NCBI GenBank assembly: GCA_021199855.1
Contig: JAJQHD010000009.1
Location: 4,287-68,286 of the forward strand
Source of the DNA: Oscillospiraceae bacterium
GTDB lineage: Bacteria > Bacillota > Clostridia > Oscillospirales > Ruminococcaceae
DNA length: 64,000 bases
Direction of reading: 5' to 3'
The notes beneath the pieces were generated by a model that saw only the letters and a program-made list of their open reading frames with translations, was not told the DNA's origin and ran no database searches. Positions 1 to 8,918 of this stretch are shown piece after piece; the first letter of the stretch is position 1; each line of letters starts with the position of its first letter. Both the position numbers and the translations under genes were made by a program.

Positions 1-353
1 GAGAAGTCTGCGCAGCTGCCGCAGAGGGCAACGAAAGAGCTCAGATTACACTTGATATCTTGACATATCAGATCAAGAAGTACATCGGCGGATATGCTGC
101 CGCTATGAATGGTCTCGACGCAGTTCTCTTTACCGGTGGTATCGGCGAGAACTCAAGCGAAGTAAGAGGCGCTGTCTGCAAGGACATGAGCTTCATGGGA
201 ATCGAGATTGACGAAGAGCTCAACAAGTCGACCAGAGGCAAGCTCATAAAGATTTCGACCGAGAACTCGAAGGTTGAGGTCTGGATAGTTCCCACCAACG
301 AGGAGCTCCTCATCGCCCGTGACACTCTTGCAGTAGTTGAGGCAAACAAGTAA
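1..353 (+). CDS. ackA: acetate kinase, C-terminal part (5' end lies outside the window)
   Basis: The frame is open from the window edge. ...NERAQITLDILTYQIKKYIGGYAAAMNGLDAVLFTGGIGENS...VWIVPTNEELLIARDT matches the conserved AckA C-terminus. TAA stop at 351-353. Confidence 0.9.
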   Translation, partial: EVCAAAAEGNERAQITLDILTYQIKKYIGGYAAAMNGLDAVLFTGGIGENSSEVRGAVCKDMSFMGIEIDEELNKSTRGKLIKISTENSKVEVWIVPTNEELLIARDTLAVVEANK

Positions 354-354
354 T

Positions 355-639
355 ATGATTTATGAGGGCTTTTTCGTCTGGTTGTACGTCTTATACCTGC
401 TTTTTATGAGCTTCGTCGTCTTCGTCATGTACGGCATCGACAAGCGTCGGGCAAAGAAGGGACAGTGGCGCATCAGCGAAAAGGCTCTTCTTACACTCGG
501 CTTTATCGGAGGAGCCGCCGGTGCATTGCTCGGTATGCATCTCTTCCGGCATAAGACGAGACACTGGTATTTCTGGGCAATCAATATTGCGGCACTATGC
601 CTGCATATTATATTGCTTCTCATGCTGTTTCTTTGGTAG
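355..639 (+). CDS. DUF1294-family small membrane protein
   Basis: YGIDKRRAKKGQWRISEKALLTLGFIGGAAGALLGMHLFRHKTRHWYFW is the typical DUF1294 core. I chose the ATG at 355 over the TTG at 337 used by the ORF track. Confidence 0.75.
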   Translation: MIYEGFFVWLYVLYLLFMSFVVFVMYGIDKRRAKKGQWRISEKALLTLGFIGGAAGALLGMHLFRHKTRHWYFWAINIAALCLHIILLLMLFLW

Positions 640-649
640 AGGCAGTTAA

Positions 650-706
650 GGCTCCCCTTACTAAGGGTGAGCGCAGAAGTTCGCAAGCGAACTTCGACTG
701 AGAGGT
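650..706 (+). repeat. hairpin repeat unit (family A, single unit, variant)
   Basis: GGCTCCCCTTACTAAGGGTGAGC, then the GAAGTTCGC-AA-GCGAACTTC palindrome, then GACTGAGAGGT. Same layout as the units at 14623, 21599 and 37404. Confidence 0.8.
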
Positions 707-725
707 TCACAAAGGGGATTTTATC

Positions 726-1466
726 ATGTCATCATACACTTTTAACGCAGAAAAGGCGGCGAACGCTTGCATCGAATGGATTCATGACTGGTTCGAGAAG
801 AACGGCAAGGACTGCAACGCAGTTCTCGGCATTTCCGGCGGAAAGGACAGCTCCGTCACTGCGGCGCTTCTCGTCAAGGCACTCGGAAAAGAGCGTGTTA
901 TCGGAGTGCTGATGCCGCAGGGCGAGCAGTTCGATATCGGTTATTCAAGAGAACTTTGCGAAATTTTGGGTATCAGGAGTATTCAAGTCAACATCGGCGA
1001 GACTGTCGAGGCTCTTAAAAAGTCTTTGGGCTTCGAGCCGTCGGTCACTACACTCACGAACATCCCGCCGAGAGTCCGCATGACGGTTCTTTACGCAATC
1101 GCTCAGTCGAACAACGGCAGAGTCGCCAACACCTGCAATCTTTCGGAGGACTGGGTCGGCTATGCGACGCTTTATGGCGACGGAGCAGGCGACTTCGGAC
1201 CGATTTCGAACTTCACCGTTCAGGAGGTCAAGGCAATCGGAAGATACCTGGGACTCCCTGAAAAGTTCGTCGAAAAGCCGCCGCTTGACGGTCTTTGCGG
1301 CAAGACGGACGAGGATAATCTCGGCTTCACCTACAAGGCTCTTGACGAATATATCCGGCAGGGTATCGAACCCGAGCCGGAGACAAAGGCGAAAATCGAC
1401 CGCCTCAACAGGCTCAATCAGTTCAAACTCAAGCGTTTCGACACGTTTTCCTACACAGAAGAATAA
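726..1466 (+). CDS. nadE: NH3-dependent NAD+ synthetase
   Basis: PP-loop motif GISGGKDSSV and a length of 246 aa. The conserved NadE body is present (RMTVLYAIAQ, YGDGAGDFGPI). Confidence 0.9.
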   Translation: MSSYTFNAEKAANACIEWIHDWFEKNGKDCNAVLGISGGKDSSVTAALLVKALGKERVIGVLMPQGEQFDIGYSRELCEILGIRSIQVNIGETVEALKKSLGFEPSVTTLTNIPPRVRMTVLYAIAQSNNGRVANTCNLSEDWVGYATLYGDGAGDFGPISNFTVQEVKAIGRYLGLPEKFVEKPPLDGLCGKTDEDNLGFTYKALDEYIRQGIEPEPETKAKIDRLNRLNQFKLKRFDTFSYTEE

Positions 1467-1473
1467 AAAAACA

Positions 1474-1502
1474 CCGGCAGAGAATCCACTCTGCCGGTTT
1501 TA
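1474..1502. terminator. bidirectional intrinsic terminator between convergent nadE and the ABC ATPase gene
   Basis: Perfect 9-bp stem CCGGCAGAG / CTCTGCCGG with loop AATCCA, preceded by an A-run and followed by a T-run. Confidence 0.8.
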
Positions 1503-1520
1503 TTATCGTTTATGCCGAAC

Positions 1521-2189
1521 TTAATCTATGACCTTTCCGTCCTCAATCTTGATAACCACGTCTGCCTTTGCCGCAATTTCCGGGTCGTGGGTGACCATGA
1601 TGAGGGTCTGTCCGAATTGCTGGGCGCAATCACGAAGAAGCTGAATTGTCGTCTCGCCGTTCTTCTTGTCAAGGTTTCCCGTCGGCTCGTCGGCGAAGAT
1701 GAGCTGAGGCTTCGCAAGGACGGAGCGAGCTATAGCAACTCTCTGCTGTTCGCCGCCCGAAAGCTCGGTCGGGTATTTCTTCAGCTTGTCGGCAATTCCC
1801 AGAAGCTCCGTCACGTTCTGCAAAAACTCCGGGTCGGGCTTCTTGTTGTCGAGCTTCATCGGCATACAGATGTTGTTGAGGACGGTGTACTCGTCCAAAA
1901 GATTGAACTGCTGGAAGACAAATCCCATGTGCCTTCTTCTGAACTCCGCCATTTTGGCATCCGGATAAGAGTATAAATCCTCATCTCCGAGGTAGATATT
2001 GCCGGAAGTTGGCTCGTCGAGACCGCCCAAAATATGTAGAAGCGTCGACTTTCCGGAGCCGCTTCGACCGATAATCGTGTAGAAAAGACCCTCCTCAAAC
2101 TCGGCGCTGACGCCGTTCAGAGCGTGGGTTTCTCCCGATTCCGCCTTGTAGGTCTTGTAGATGTCCTTTGCTCTTAATACTGTACTCAT
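1521..2189 (-). CDS. ABC transporter ATP-binding protein (MacB/LolD/FtsE-like)
   Basis: Walker A GRSGSGKST, signature LSGGEQQR, Walker B LIFADEPTGNLD and H-loop VTHD. Confidence 0.95.
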   Translation of the reverse strand: MSTVLRAKDIYKTYKAESGETHALNGVSAEFEEGLFYTIIGRSGSGKSTLLHILGGLDEPTSGNIYLGDEDLYSYPDAKMAEFRRRHMGFVFQQFNLLDEYTVLNNICMPMKLDNKKPDPEFLQNVTELLGIADKLKKYPTELSGGEQQRVAIARSVLAKPQLIFADEPTGNLDKKNGETTIQLLRDCAQQFGQTLIMVTHDPEIAAKADVVIKIEDGKVID

Positions 2190-2234
2190 ATCAATTACTC
2201 CTCTTTTCAGAGAACTTTTTAGTCCTCTTTCAAT

Positions 2235-2263
2235 ATAATACCATATATTTCTGCCGCTGTCAA
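2235..2263 (-). promoter_or_regulatory. putative sigma-A promoter dedicated to the ATPase gene
   Basis: On the minus strand, TTGACA (2263-2258), a 17-nt spacer, then TATTAT (2240-2235), in the 124-nt gap between permease A and the ATPase gene. Confidence 0.5.
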
Positions 2264-2313
2264 CAGTTTTTTACGAACTTTTAAGAATTTCGTTTTGCCG
2301 TTTTCCGGCATTT

Positions 2314-4701
2314 TTACTCATTCTGTAGCATGTCCATCAGCTTGTACTTATTCAGCCCAAGCTTCGAGACGTAGCAGACCACGAACACTATTACAAACAG
2401 TGCCAGCGAGATAAGAAGCATTGTCCATGCTTCTATGTGGAAGCTTGCAAGCTCCTGGAGCTGGCTCCTGAAAGCTGTTTCAATCTCGGCAAGGCTCAGT
2501 GCTGACTCGCTGTCTGTAACGATTTTTAAGATGAGATACCCGAAGTATATTGCCCATCCGGCAACACTCGCAATAGCTCCGCGGATGATAGAGGCTACAA
2601 GCAGTCTGGTGTTTCTCTGCTTGCGGGACATTCCGAGAGCCTGCAGGATGCCGTATTTCTTCTTTTCCCGCTCCGTTTCAAGTCTGATGGTACTCGCGAG
2701 AATCAGAAGCGTTATGAACATGATGCACCCGCCGCTCACCCAGAACATGATAAGGGTCTGGAGATATTCACGTGCTTTGGATGAGTTTTCGGCTCTGTTG
2801 TTCATTGTAATCATCAGGGAATTTGCGTTCATTATCTTTGTGACAGCTTTGTCGGTCGAGAGATATTCGGCATTCATGTCGGTGAAAACGAGAACAGTCG
2901 TGAATCCAGCCGTGTCTCCGGCTGTGTAGGACGTTCCCCACATTGTGCCCTCTGGAAGAGCATCCAGAACCTTCTGCACGAACGCTGTAGAGCAGACTAT
3001 GTCATAGGTTTCGGGATAAAGGCTGTAGTTATAGCCAAGCCCTGATGAGCGGTAGTAGTCGCTCACTCCGCCGACAGTGGTTGTGAATTCTGTTCCAGAA
3101 ATAGTCAAAGTGATTTCATCGCCTGCCGCTGGGACTACCGATTTCGAATCGGTTGTGACCTTCATAAGAATAATGCTATCGCCCGAGTTGAAGCTCTCAA
3201 GGTCGGTGCAGGTGAAGTCTATCATCCCTTTCCAGCTGTCGGCTGAATCGACGACATAGACTGAAACCTCCTGAGCTTCGACTGAATCAGTTGTAAGGGA
3301 AGCCGATTGCTCAGAAAATCCCCATACTCCCGAAACTCCCGGAACAGCGGCAAGCTCACTGATGACATCATCCCCAAGATGCTGACCGGAAAAACTCAGG
3401 GTGTTCATAGCATAGTAGGAATATGTGGTTGTGTAGTATGTATAGTCAAAATACGGATCGAGCGAAAAGATGGTCGTGAAGACAACTGCCGAGCAGAAGA
3501 CAACACACATCGCTATAATCAAGCCTTTCTGGAATCTGCGGGAGAACTTTTGTTTTCCAACCTGCATTTCCATCCTGCCGGTAAGCGGAGTTGCGATGGA
3601 AATCTGGAACATAATCATCTTGACTATAAGAGTTCCCAGAATCCAGAGGAGTAAGAACATACTAAGATTCTTCCACGGAATACTCACTATAATTGCAATA
3701 GAGCCGGAGAAGACGCTTACCCTCAGCAAAATCCAGATGCCGATTGCACCGACAACAATTCCCGCAAGGAGAGATGGGATGCAGAGTATCAGCGTTTCAA
3801 CGGTCACCAAAAGCCTTATCTGTCCCTTGGATGCTCCAAGGCTTCTGAGCCGTACTGTTCTTCTTATGTCCGACTGCATCTGGAGGATATAGACAACCAC
3901 AATCGCTAAGATCGCAACTGCAAAGATAAGCCAGATGTAAACAGAGTTGAATTCCGCCTCGCTGTGATCCTGATAGGCATAGGAATTGAGCTTGACCTGC
4001 TTTCTGCTTGAGGCTACGTTTGAAGCCCTCGATTCCGAAAGATATGTATTGACTTCATCCGAAACGGTGTCCTCCATGCCGCTGGTGACGGTGAAGAAGT
4101 AGGAGACACTCGGAGTGACACCGTCAAAAATAGCCTCTGCGTCCTCTTCAGTTATAATTGCGCTGTTCAGAGTGTCGGTATAGTCCCAGAGGGTGGTGTA
4201 GGTTGAAATTACACCGGTCAGGGTGAAATTATGATAGATTATTTTATCATCGGATATTGTTATCGGCAGGGTGATTGTCTCTCCGATGGTGTAATCATAG
4301 CCGAGCTTATTGAGCACAGCCACTTCGACAGCAATCTCTCCGCTGTTCTCGGGAAGAGTTCCTTCCTCCAGATGGATTCCCATTTCAACGAATGCATCAT
4401 CGACCGTTCCGATTCCCTTGCCATTTACGGTGCCATATGTGACACTCTCGCCAACCTCATCAGCCCATTCAGTCGATTCAAGATACTCCGCGTCTCCATC
4501 CTGACCATAAACAATAGAGCCGTACCATGAGCCATAGATCGAGAAGCGATACTCCCGATTGGTCATCGCAATGCTGTTGGTGTAGCTTAGTAGCATGACA
4601 GCAAACGCAAACGTCACCATGAGTACAAGCACTATGAGAAGATTCTTCTTCCGCTTCCTCCATAAGCCCTGCACTGAAAGCTCAAAGATTGTTTTCAGCA
4701 T
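2314..4701 (-). CDS. FtsX-family ABC permease, double-FtsX type (paralog A, 795 aa)
   Basis: N-terminal TM helix after a basic RKRKK patch, a large extracytoplasmic domain, two TM bundles each with an FtsX-type ...G..KGQIR.../...LQALGMSRKQR... loop. Homologous to the ORFs at 4708 and 8919-11507. Confidence 0.9.
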   Translation of the reverse strand: MLKTIFELSVQGLWRKRKKNLLIVLVLMVTFAFAVMLLSYTNSIAMTNREYRFSIYGSWYGSIVYGQDGDAEYLESTEWADEVGESVTYGTVNGKGIGTVDDAFVEMGIHLEEGTLPENSGEIAVEVAVLNKLGYDYTIGETITLPITISDDKIIYHNFTLTGVISTYTTLWDYTDTLNSAIITEEDAEAIFDGVTPSVSYFFTVTSGMEDTVSDEVNTYLSESRASNVASSRKQVKLNSYAYQDHSEAEFNSVYIWLIFAVAILAIVVVYILQMQSDIRRTVRLRSLGASKGQIRLLVTVETLILCIPSLLAGIVVGAIGIWILLRVSVFSGSIAIIVSIPWKNLSMFLLLWILGTLIVKMIMFQISIATPLTGRMEMQVGKQKFSRRFQKGLIIAMCVVFCSAVVFTTIFSLDPYFDYTYYTTTYSYYAMNTLSFSGQHLGDDVISELAAVPGVSGVWGFSEQSASLTTDSVEAQEVSVYVVDSADSWKGMIDFTCTDLESFNSGDSIILMKVTTDSKSVVPAAGDEITLTISGTEFTTTVGGVSDYYRSSGLGYNYSLYPETYDIVCSTAFVQKVLDALPEGTMWGTSYTAGDTAGFTTVLVFTDMNAEYLSTDKAVTKIMNANSLMITMNNRAENSSKAREYLQTLIMFWVSGGCIMFITLLILASTIRLETEREKKKYGILQALGMSRKQRNTRLLVASIIRGAIASVAGWAIYFGYLILKIVTDSESALSLAEIETAFRSQLQELASFHIEAWTMLLISLALFVIVFVVCYVSKLGLNKYKLMDMLQNE

Positions 4702-4707
4702 TTCAGA

Positions 4708-7326
4708 TCACCGATCCTCTCTCAGCATCTCCATAATAGAATACTTATTTATCCCCAGCTTCGACCCGAAGCAGATTGCGAACGTGATTATGAACGCAAT
4801 GGCAAGAATTCCAAGAAGAACCGGCGTAGTCAGTCCGTACCCTGCAAGCTTTGCAAACATCGTTCCAGGCACGCTTACGGCACTTTCTCCGGCAGTAATA
4901 GCCGAGATATTCATGAGCAAGTAGTATGCAAGGTAGCTCACCACCGCCGCCGAGATTGCAATAACGCTTCTGATGATTGCTCGCCGTGCAAGCTCAATAT
5001 TGCGTTGCCGCCTGGACATTCCGATTGCCTGAAGTATTCCGTATCGCTTCTTCTCGCTCTCGGTTTCAAGGCGAAGCGTACTTACAAGAATCAGGAGAAC
5101 TACAATCGCTATGCAGGCGCCGCTTATGATGATCATAATCAGCGACTGCTGGTAGACTTCGGCATTGGCATGGTTGACTTCAAGGAAATTGTAAAGCTGG
5201 CAGTATTCAAGATACTTTATCTCTTTGGCTCCCACATCGCGTGCATACACAATCTGATCCATGATACTGGACACTGCCGCATCGGAGGCAAGGTCGCCGG
5301 CATTCATAGTGGTAAAGAGAAACGCCTGGGTGTATCCAACCTCCTGCTGTCCTTTGAAGAAGCTCTCATCCTCAATATACCAGCGTGTGCCTTCGGGAAT
5401 CTGGTCGACGAGGTTCTGGAGAACGGGCAGTGAGCAGATTACATAATATGTATAGCCTTCAAGGCTGTATCTTCCGGCACGGTCATATTCGAGAACCGAA
5501 ACGAGGGTCTCGTCGCTTTCTACGACCTGAACTGCGCCGGCATTCACGTTAACGCTTACTAATCCATCGCTTTCGAGACTGCTTGACGTGAGAACAGGGC
5601 TGATACGATAAAAGGGACTGCTGGAATGATATTCCGTAATCTTTTCATAATCGATATAAATTGTCATATCTGAGCTTTCAGCTGGGGCATTTGTCTCACT
5701 CCTGCTGCCGGAGACAACCTGAACTATTACACTTTCGCCGCTTTCGTAAGCTTTCTGGTCGACACCGGTTGTGTCGGCAAATTTCTGAACGTCGTCCCAA
5801 TCCATTGTGATGACGACTGCCGAGCTTGTTGTATCGCTTTCATCAGTGCCTACAAGAGCATAGAATCTGTTCATGCCCACGAAGTCGGAGATACCGGGTG
5901 CAGACAAAAACTGGTCTTTATATTCGGATAAATCCGGTAGCTGAAAGGAACCGGCTAGGTTTGTCCCATTGTCCTTTTCGCATATGAAATACGACCAGCG
6001 TGAAGTCCAATAGTTGTATTCGCTCAAGGGCTCTCCGATATTTACTGTTGTGAAGATAACCGAAACACACAGAAGTGTCGCCATAAGCATTACGAGAACT
6101 CTGCGGAATCCGACAACAACCCGATTTTTGCTTCTCTGAATTCCCATTCTTCCCGTCAAAGGCGTTGCAAGTGCAACCTGGAAAGTAATCATGCGGACCA
6201 AAAGTATTCCCGCAATCCATAAAGCAAGTGCCATTCCCAGGTAATTCCACGGAATACTCACTATGATTTCAGTTGAGCCGGAATATACGTTTACAGCAAG
6301 CAAGGCTTTGATTCCCAGGAAGCCGAGAAGTATTCCGAACAAAACGGCAGGAATTGCAAGCATAAGCGTCTCAATCAGTATGAGAACCCGGAGCTGACCT
6401 TTGGAACCGCCGATACTTCTGAATCTGACAATTCGCCTGACTTCAACCTGCATCTGCAAAATATAAATCATGACAACCGCTAGAATTGTTATTGCAAGCA
6501 CCAGCCAGAGGTAGACAAGATTTGTCTGAGCCGCTTCCGTCTCCATACCGACAACCTGATTTATGGTAACTGTTCTTACTGTTAAGCCTTCACGGCTCTG
6601 ATAGAGGAATTTGTTGACTAAAGATTCAATATTACTGTCGGTTGAATTGACGGTGAAGAAATATGTTGTTTCCGCATTGGCGATTTCGCTTCCTGCAAGA
6701 CTTCCTTTAGCTTCTGCAAGAATATCCTCCATAGCCTCTTCGGAAATAATCGCATTGTTGAGCGTGCTGTCAACATCCCAGAGACGTGTATATTCATTTA
6801 TAACTCCTACTATTTTGAAGTCTCTTTCAACCATTGCAAAAATTCCGTATTCGTCGTAAAGCACAAATTGCAAGGTTATTTTTCCGCCGAGACCGCAGTT
6901 AAGCTCCTCAAGCGTTGCCGCCTCAATTGCGATTCCACTTGAAGATGTCGGCATTTTTCCACTTTCTAAAGTAATGCCCATGTCGGTAAGGGCATCGTTA
7001 ACGGTTCCGACTTCTACTGAACCCACTGGAGAATCGGAGACGGTTACGGAGGCAGTGCCATAATTGACGCTCACGCCGACCTCGTCAACCCAGTCTTCAC
7101 TTTCGAGATATTCAAGATCGCTGTCCACGCCGTCCATGATAGCACCATACCATGAGCCGTAAGTATCAAGCCTCAATTGAGTGTTAGTCTCGGCGATGCT
7201 GGTGGTGTAGCTTAAGAGTATTATTGCGAACGTGAACGATATCAGAAGTACAAGGAATATAAGAAGCGACTGCCGTTTTCTTCGCCTGATACCCTCAAAA
7301 GCAAGCCCCAAAAGTGTTTTGAACAT
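4708..7326 (-). CDS. FtsX-family ABC permease, double-FtsX type (paralog B, 872 aa)
   Basis: Same architecture as paralog A and very similar to paralog C. For example LRLETESEKKRYGILQAIGMSRRQRNIEL is shared almost exactly. Confidence 0.9.
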   Translation of the reverse strand: MFKTLLGLAFEGIRRRKRQSLLIFLVLLISFTFAIILLSYTTSIAETNTQLRLDTYGSWYGAIMDGVDSDLEYLESEDWVDEVGVSVNYGTASVTVSDSPVGSVEVGTVNDALTDMGITLESGKMPTSSSGIAIEAATLEELNCGLGGKITLQFVLYDEYGIFAMVERDFKIVGVINEYTRLWDVDSTLNNAIISEEAMEDILAEAKGSLAGSEIANAETTYFFTVNSTDSNIESLVNKFLYQSREGLTVRTVTINQVVGMETEAAQTNLVYLWLVLAITILAVVMIYILQMQVEVRRIVRFRSIGGSKGQLRVLILIETLMLAIPAVLFGILLGFLGIKALLAVNVYSGSTEIIVSIPWNYLGMALALWIAGILLVRMITFQVALATPLTGRMGIQRSKNRVVVGFRRVLVMLMATLLCVSVIFTTVNIGEPLSEYNYWTSRWSYFICEKDNGTNLAGSFQLPDLSEYKDQFLSAPGISDFVGMNRFYALVGTDESDTTSSAVVITMDWDDVQKFADTTGVDQKAYESGESVIVQVVSGSRSETNAPAESSDMTIYIDYEKITEYHSSSPFYRISPVLTSSSLESDGLVSVNVNAGAVQVVESDETLVSVLEYDRAGRYSLEGYTYYVICSLPVLQNLVDQIPEGTRWYIEDESFFKGQQEVGYTQAFLFTTMNAGDLASDAAVSSIMDQIVYARDVGAKEIKYLEYCQLYNFLEVNHANAEVYQQSLIMIIISGACIAIVVLLILVSTLRLETESEKKRYGILQAIGMSRRQRNIELARRAIIRSVIAISAAVVSYLAYYLLMNISAITAGESAVSVPGTMFAKLAGYGLTTPVLLGILAIAFIITFAICFGSKLGINKYSIMEMLREDR

Positions 7327-7484
7327 TTATATCGCCCCCTAAAGTAGTGGAAATAAATATTAATTACAACCGTTGCAAGTAATAAATGATTCTGCATCAT
7401 TAAATATATATATTCAGCCCCGCGACCCTTTCCGCTAATCTGTGCACCGATAGCGGGAAGTCTCGACAAATGGACTGTAAGCTC

Positions 7485-7513
7485 ATGGTATCAAAAATCA
7501 AAAACATTGTCAA
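7485..7513 (-). promoter_or_regulatory. putative promoter of the permease B/A operon
   Basis: On the minus strand, TTGACA (7513-7508), a 17-nt spacer, then TACCAT (7490-7485). It lies 7 nt from the tandem palindrome. Confidence 0.5.
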
Positions 7514-7520
7514 CGTCCGA

Positions 7521-7559
7521 ATTTGCATGACGTGCAAATGATTTGCATGACATGCAAAT
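7521..7559. promoter_or_regulatory. tandem 19-bp palindromes, candidate operator or activator box
   Basis: ATTTGCATGACGTGCAAAT (7521-7539) and ATTTGCATGACATGCAAAT (7541-7559). Each is an ATTTGCA-N5-TGCAAAT inverted repeat. They sit between two divergent -35 boxes. Confidence 0.6.
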
Positions 7560-7568
7560 TTTCAAATC

Positions 7569-7597
7569 TGGACAAGCCACTTTTGATGTGATACAAT
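7569..7597 (+). promoter_or_regulatory. putative promoter of the small peptide gene
   Basis: TGGACA (7569-7574), a 17-nt spacer, then TACAAT (7592-7597), with TG at 7588-7589 three nt upstream of the -10 hexamer (near-extended -10). Confidence 0.5.
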
Positions 7598-7646
7598 GTA
7601 ATGGTAGTCCTAAGGCTATAAATAAAATCTATGAGAGGTAATTATA

Positions 7647-7853
7647 ATGAAAACAATGCAAAAACTTATGGCAATTATTGCCACTTTAACAATGACAGTT
7701 TCAATGGCTACGGTTTGCACAGTTGCGACTGACTATGTGGTAGACGCGCCGGAAGCTGAAATTGAATATCTTTCGGAAGATGACAATAAAGAGCCAGACA
7801 GTAACATTAATTGCGATCAGCCAGTGGATGAAGGCGAAGATGGAGAACTGTGA
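7647..7853 (+). CDS. small secreted acidic peptide precursor (68 aa), candidate signalling pro-peptide
   Basis: GAGAGG RBS 7 nt upstream of the ATG. N-terminal signal-like MKTMQKLMAIIATLTMTVSMATVCTVA, then a very acidic tail (...DQPVDEGEDGEL). The 3' end overlaps the regulator gene by 37 nt. Confidence 0.55.
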   Translation: MKTMQKLMAIIATLTMTVSMATVCTVATDYVVDAPEAEIEYLSEDDNKEPDSNINCDQPVDEGEDGEL

Positions 7854-8761
7854 ATATAGTATGTATTCAATATGTCATTGATTCCGGCTTTTATTCCACC
7901 TAAGTTCCATGTTTTTGACGTATATAAGCCTGATAATTCATCAATAAGCCTTTTTGCCTCTTCTTTGTCTCCTAACATATCACGGCGGACAAGTGCCCAG
8001 ATGCAGTTGTACATACAACTCGGAATCATGCAGATATTGTCTGTGTATTCACAACAAAGCGTTCCTTCCTTTGCGACATCTATACACTCATCGTATCTTC
8101 CGACTTCTCCGAGACACTTTGAAAGATTATAACAGATGTGAACCAGCTTTTTTGAAGCGGTATATTTGTCGACTTTATTGTCTTCTACACTTTTTAGACG
8201 ATAGTAAATCGAAATTGCAATGTTATAATCTTCCGCAACAGCGTAGGAATTTGCAATGTATCTTAGTATAAGCGCTTCCACATCGGTCATGAGCGTTGGT
8301 AAATTGTCTACACTGTAACTTGGATTTGTCAAGCGCATAGCTTTTTCCATGTTGGTAAGCCTATCTTTGTTGGTGATAGTGCCATCTTCATAGGCGATCA
8401 TAGTGTCTACAGTGTCGTAACGCTGTTTATTTGCCGAGGTTAAGCCTTCATACTCGTTGCTGATACTTTCAAGTAATGCCAACGCCTGATCTCTTTTGCC
8501 GTGTACACACGCCTGGCTGGCTTGACGAATTACTTGCCTGATTGCTTCATCATGTTCGTCGATGGAAATGCTTAATACCTCCGTAGGTAGTCCGAGACGC
8601 TCGAAAAGATGGATGAGAGTGTCATCTTTAGTGTCAACAAGACCTCGCTCTATTCTTGAATATGTGGAGATGTCACAAATACCAATACAAACATCTGATT
8701 GTGATTTCTTCAAGCTCTTGAGTCGTTCTTTTATCAACTTTCCAATAGCTATTTTATCCAT
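7817..8761 (-). CDS. XRE-type HTH plus TPR-like repeat transcriptional regulator (RRNPP/PlcR/Rgg-like architecture)
   Basis: N-terminal HTH (IGKLIKERLKSLKKSQSDVCIGICDISTYSRIERG) followed by about 250 aa of helical repeats. Length is 314 aa and an AGGAGGG RBS is present. Confidence 0.85.
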   Translation of the reverse strand: MDKIAIGKLIKERLKSLKKSQSDVCIGICDISTYSRIERGLVDTKDDTLIHLFERLGLPTEVLSISIDEHDEAIRQVIRQASQACVHGKRDQALALLESISNEYEGLTSANKQRYDTVDTMIAYEDGTITNKDRLTNMEKAMRLTNPSYSVDNLPTLMTDVEALILRYIANSYAVAEDYNIAISIYYRLKSVEDNKVDKYTASKKLVHICYNLSKCLGEVGRYDECIDVAKEGTLCCEYTDNICMIPSCMYNCIWALVRRDMLGDKEEAKRLIDELSGLYTSKTWNLGGIKAGINDILNTYYIHSSPSSPSSTG

Positions 8762-8918
8762 GCTAACCCTCCTAAGCCAATCTGCTCAGGACACAATCGA
8801 CTAAAAGCGTGATTTTAGCATATCATATTTCACACATACTGTCAAGTTTAGAACTTTCCAATCGTGCAAGTTGAAAACTGCCATTTGCTCAGCATCGGGG
8901 GTTATTCAAGGGTGGGTA

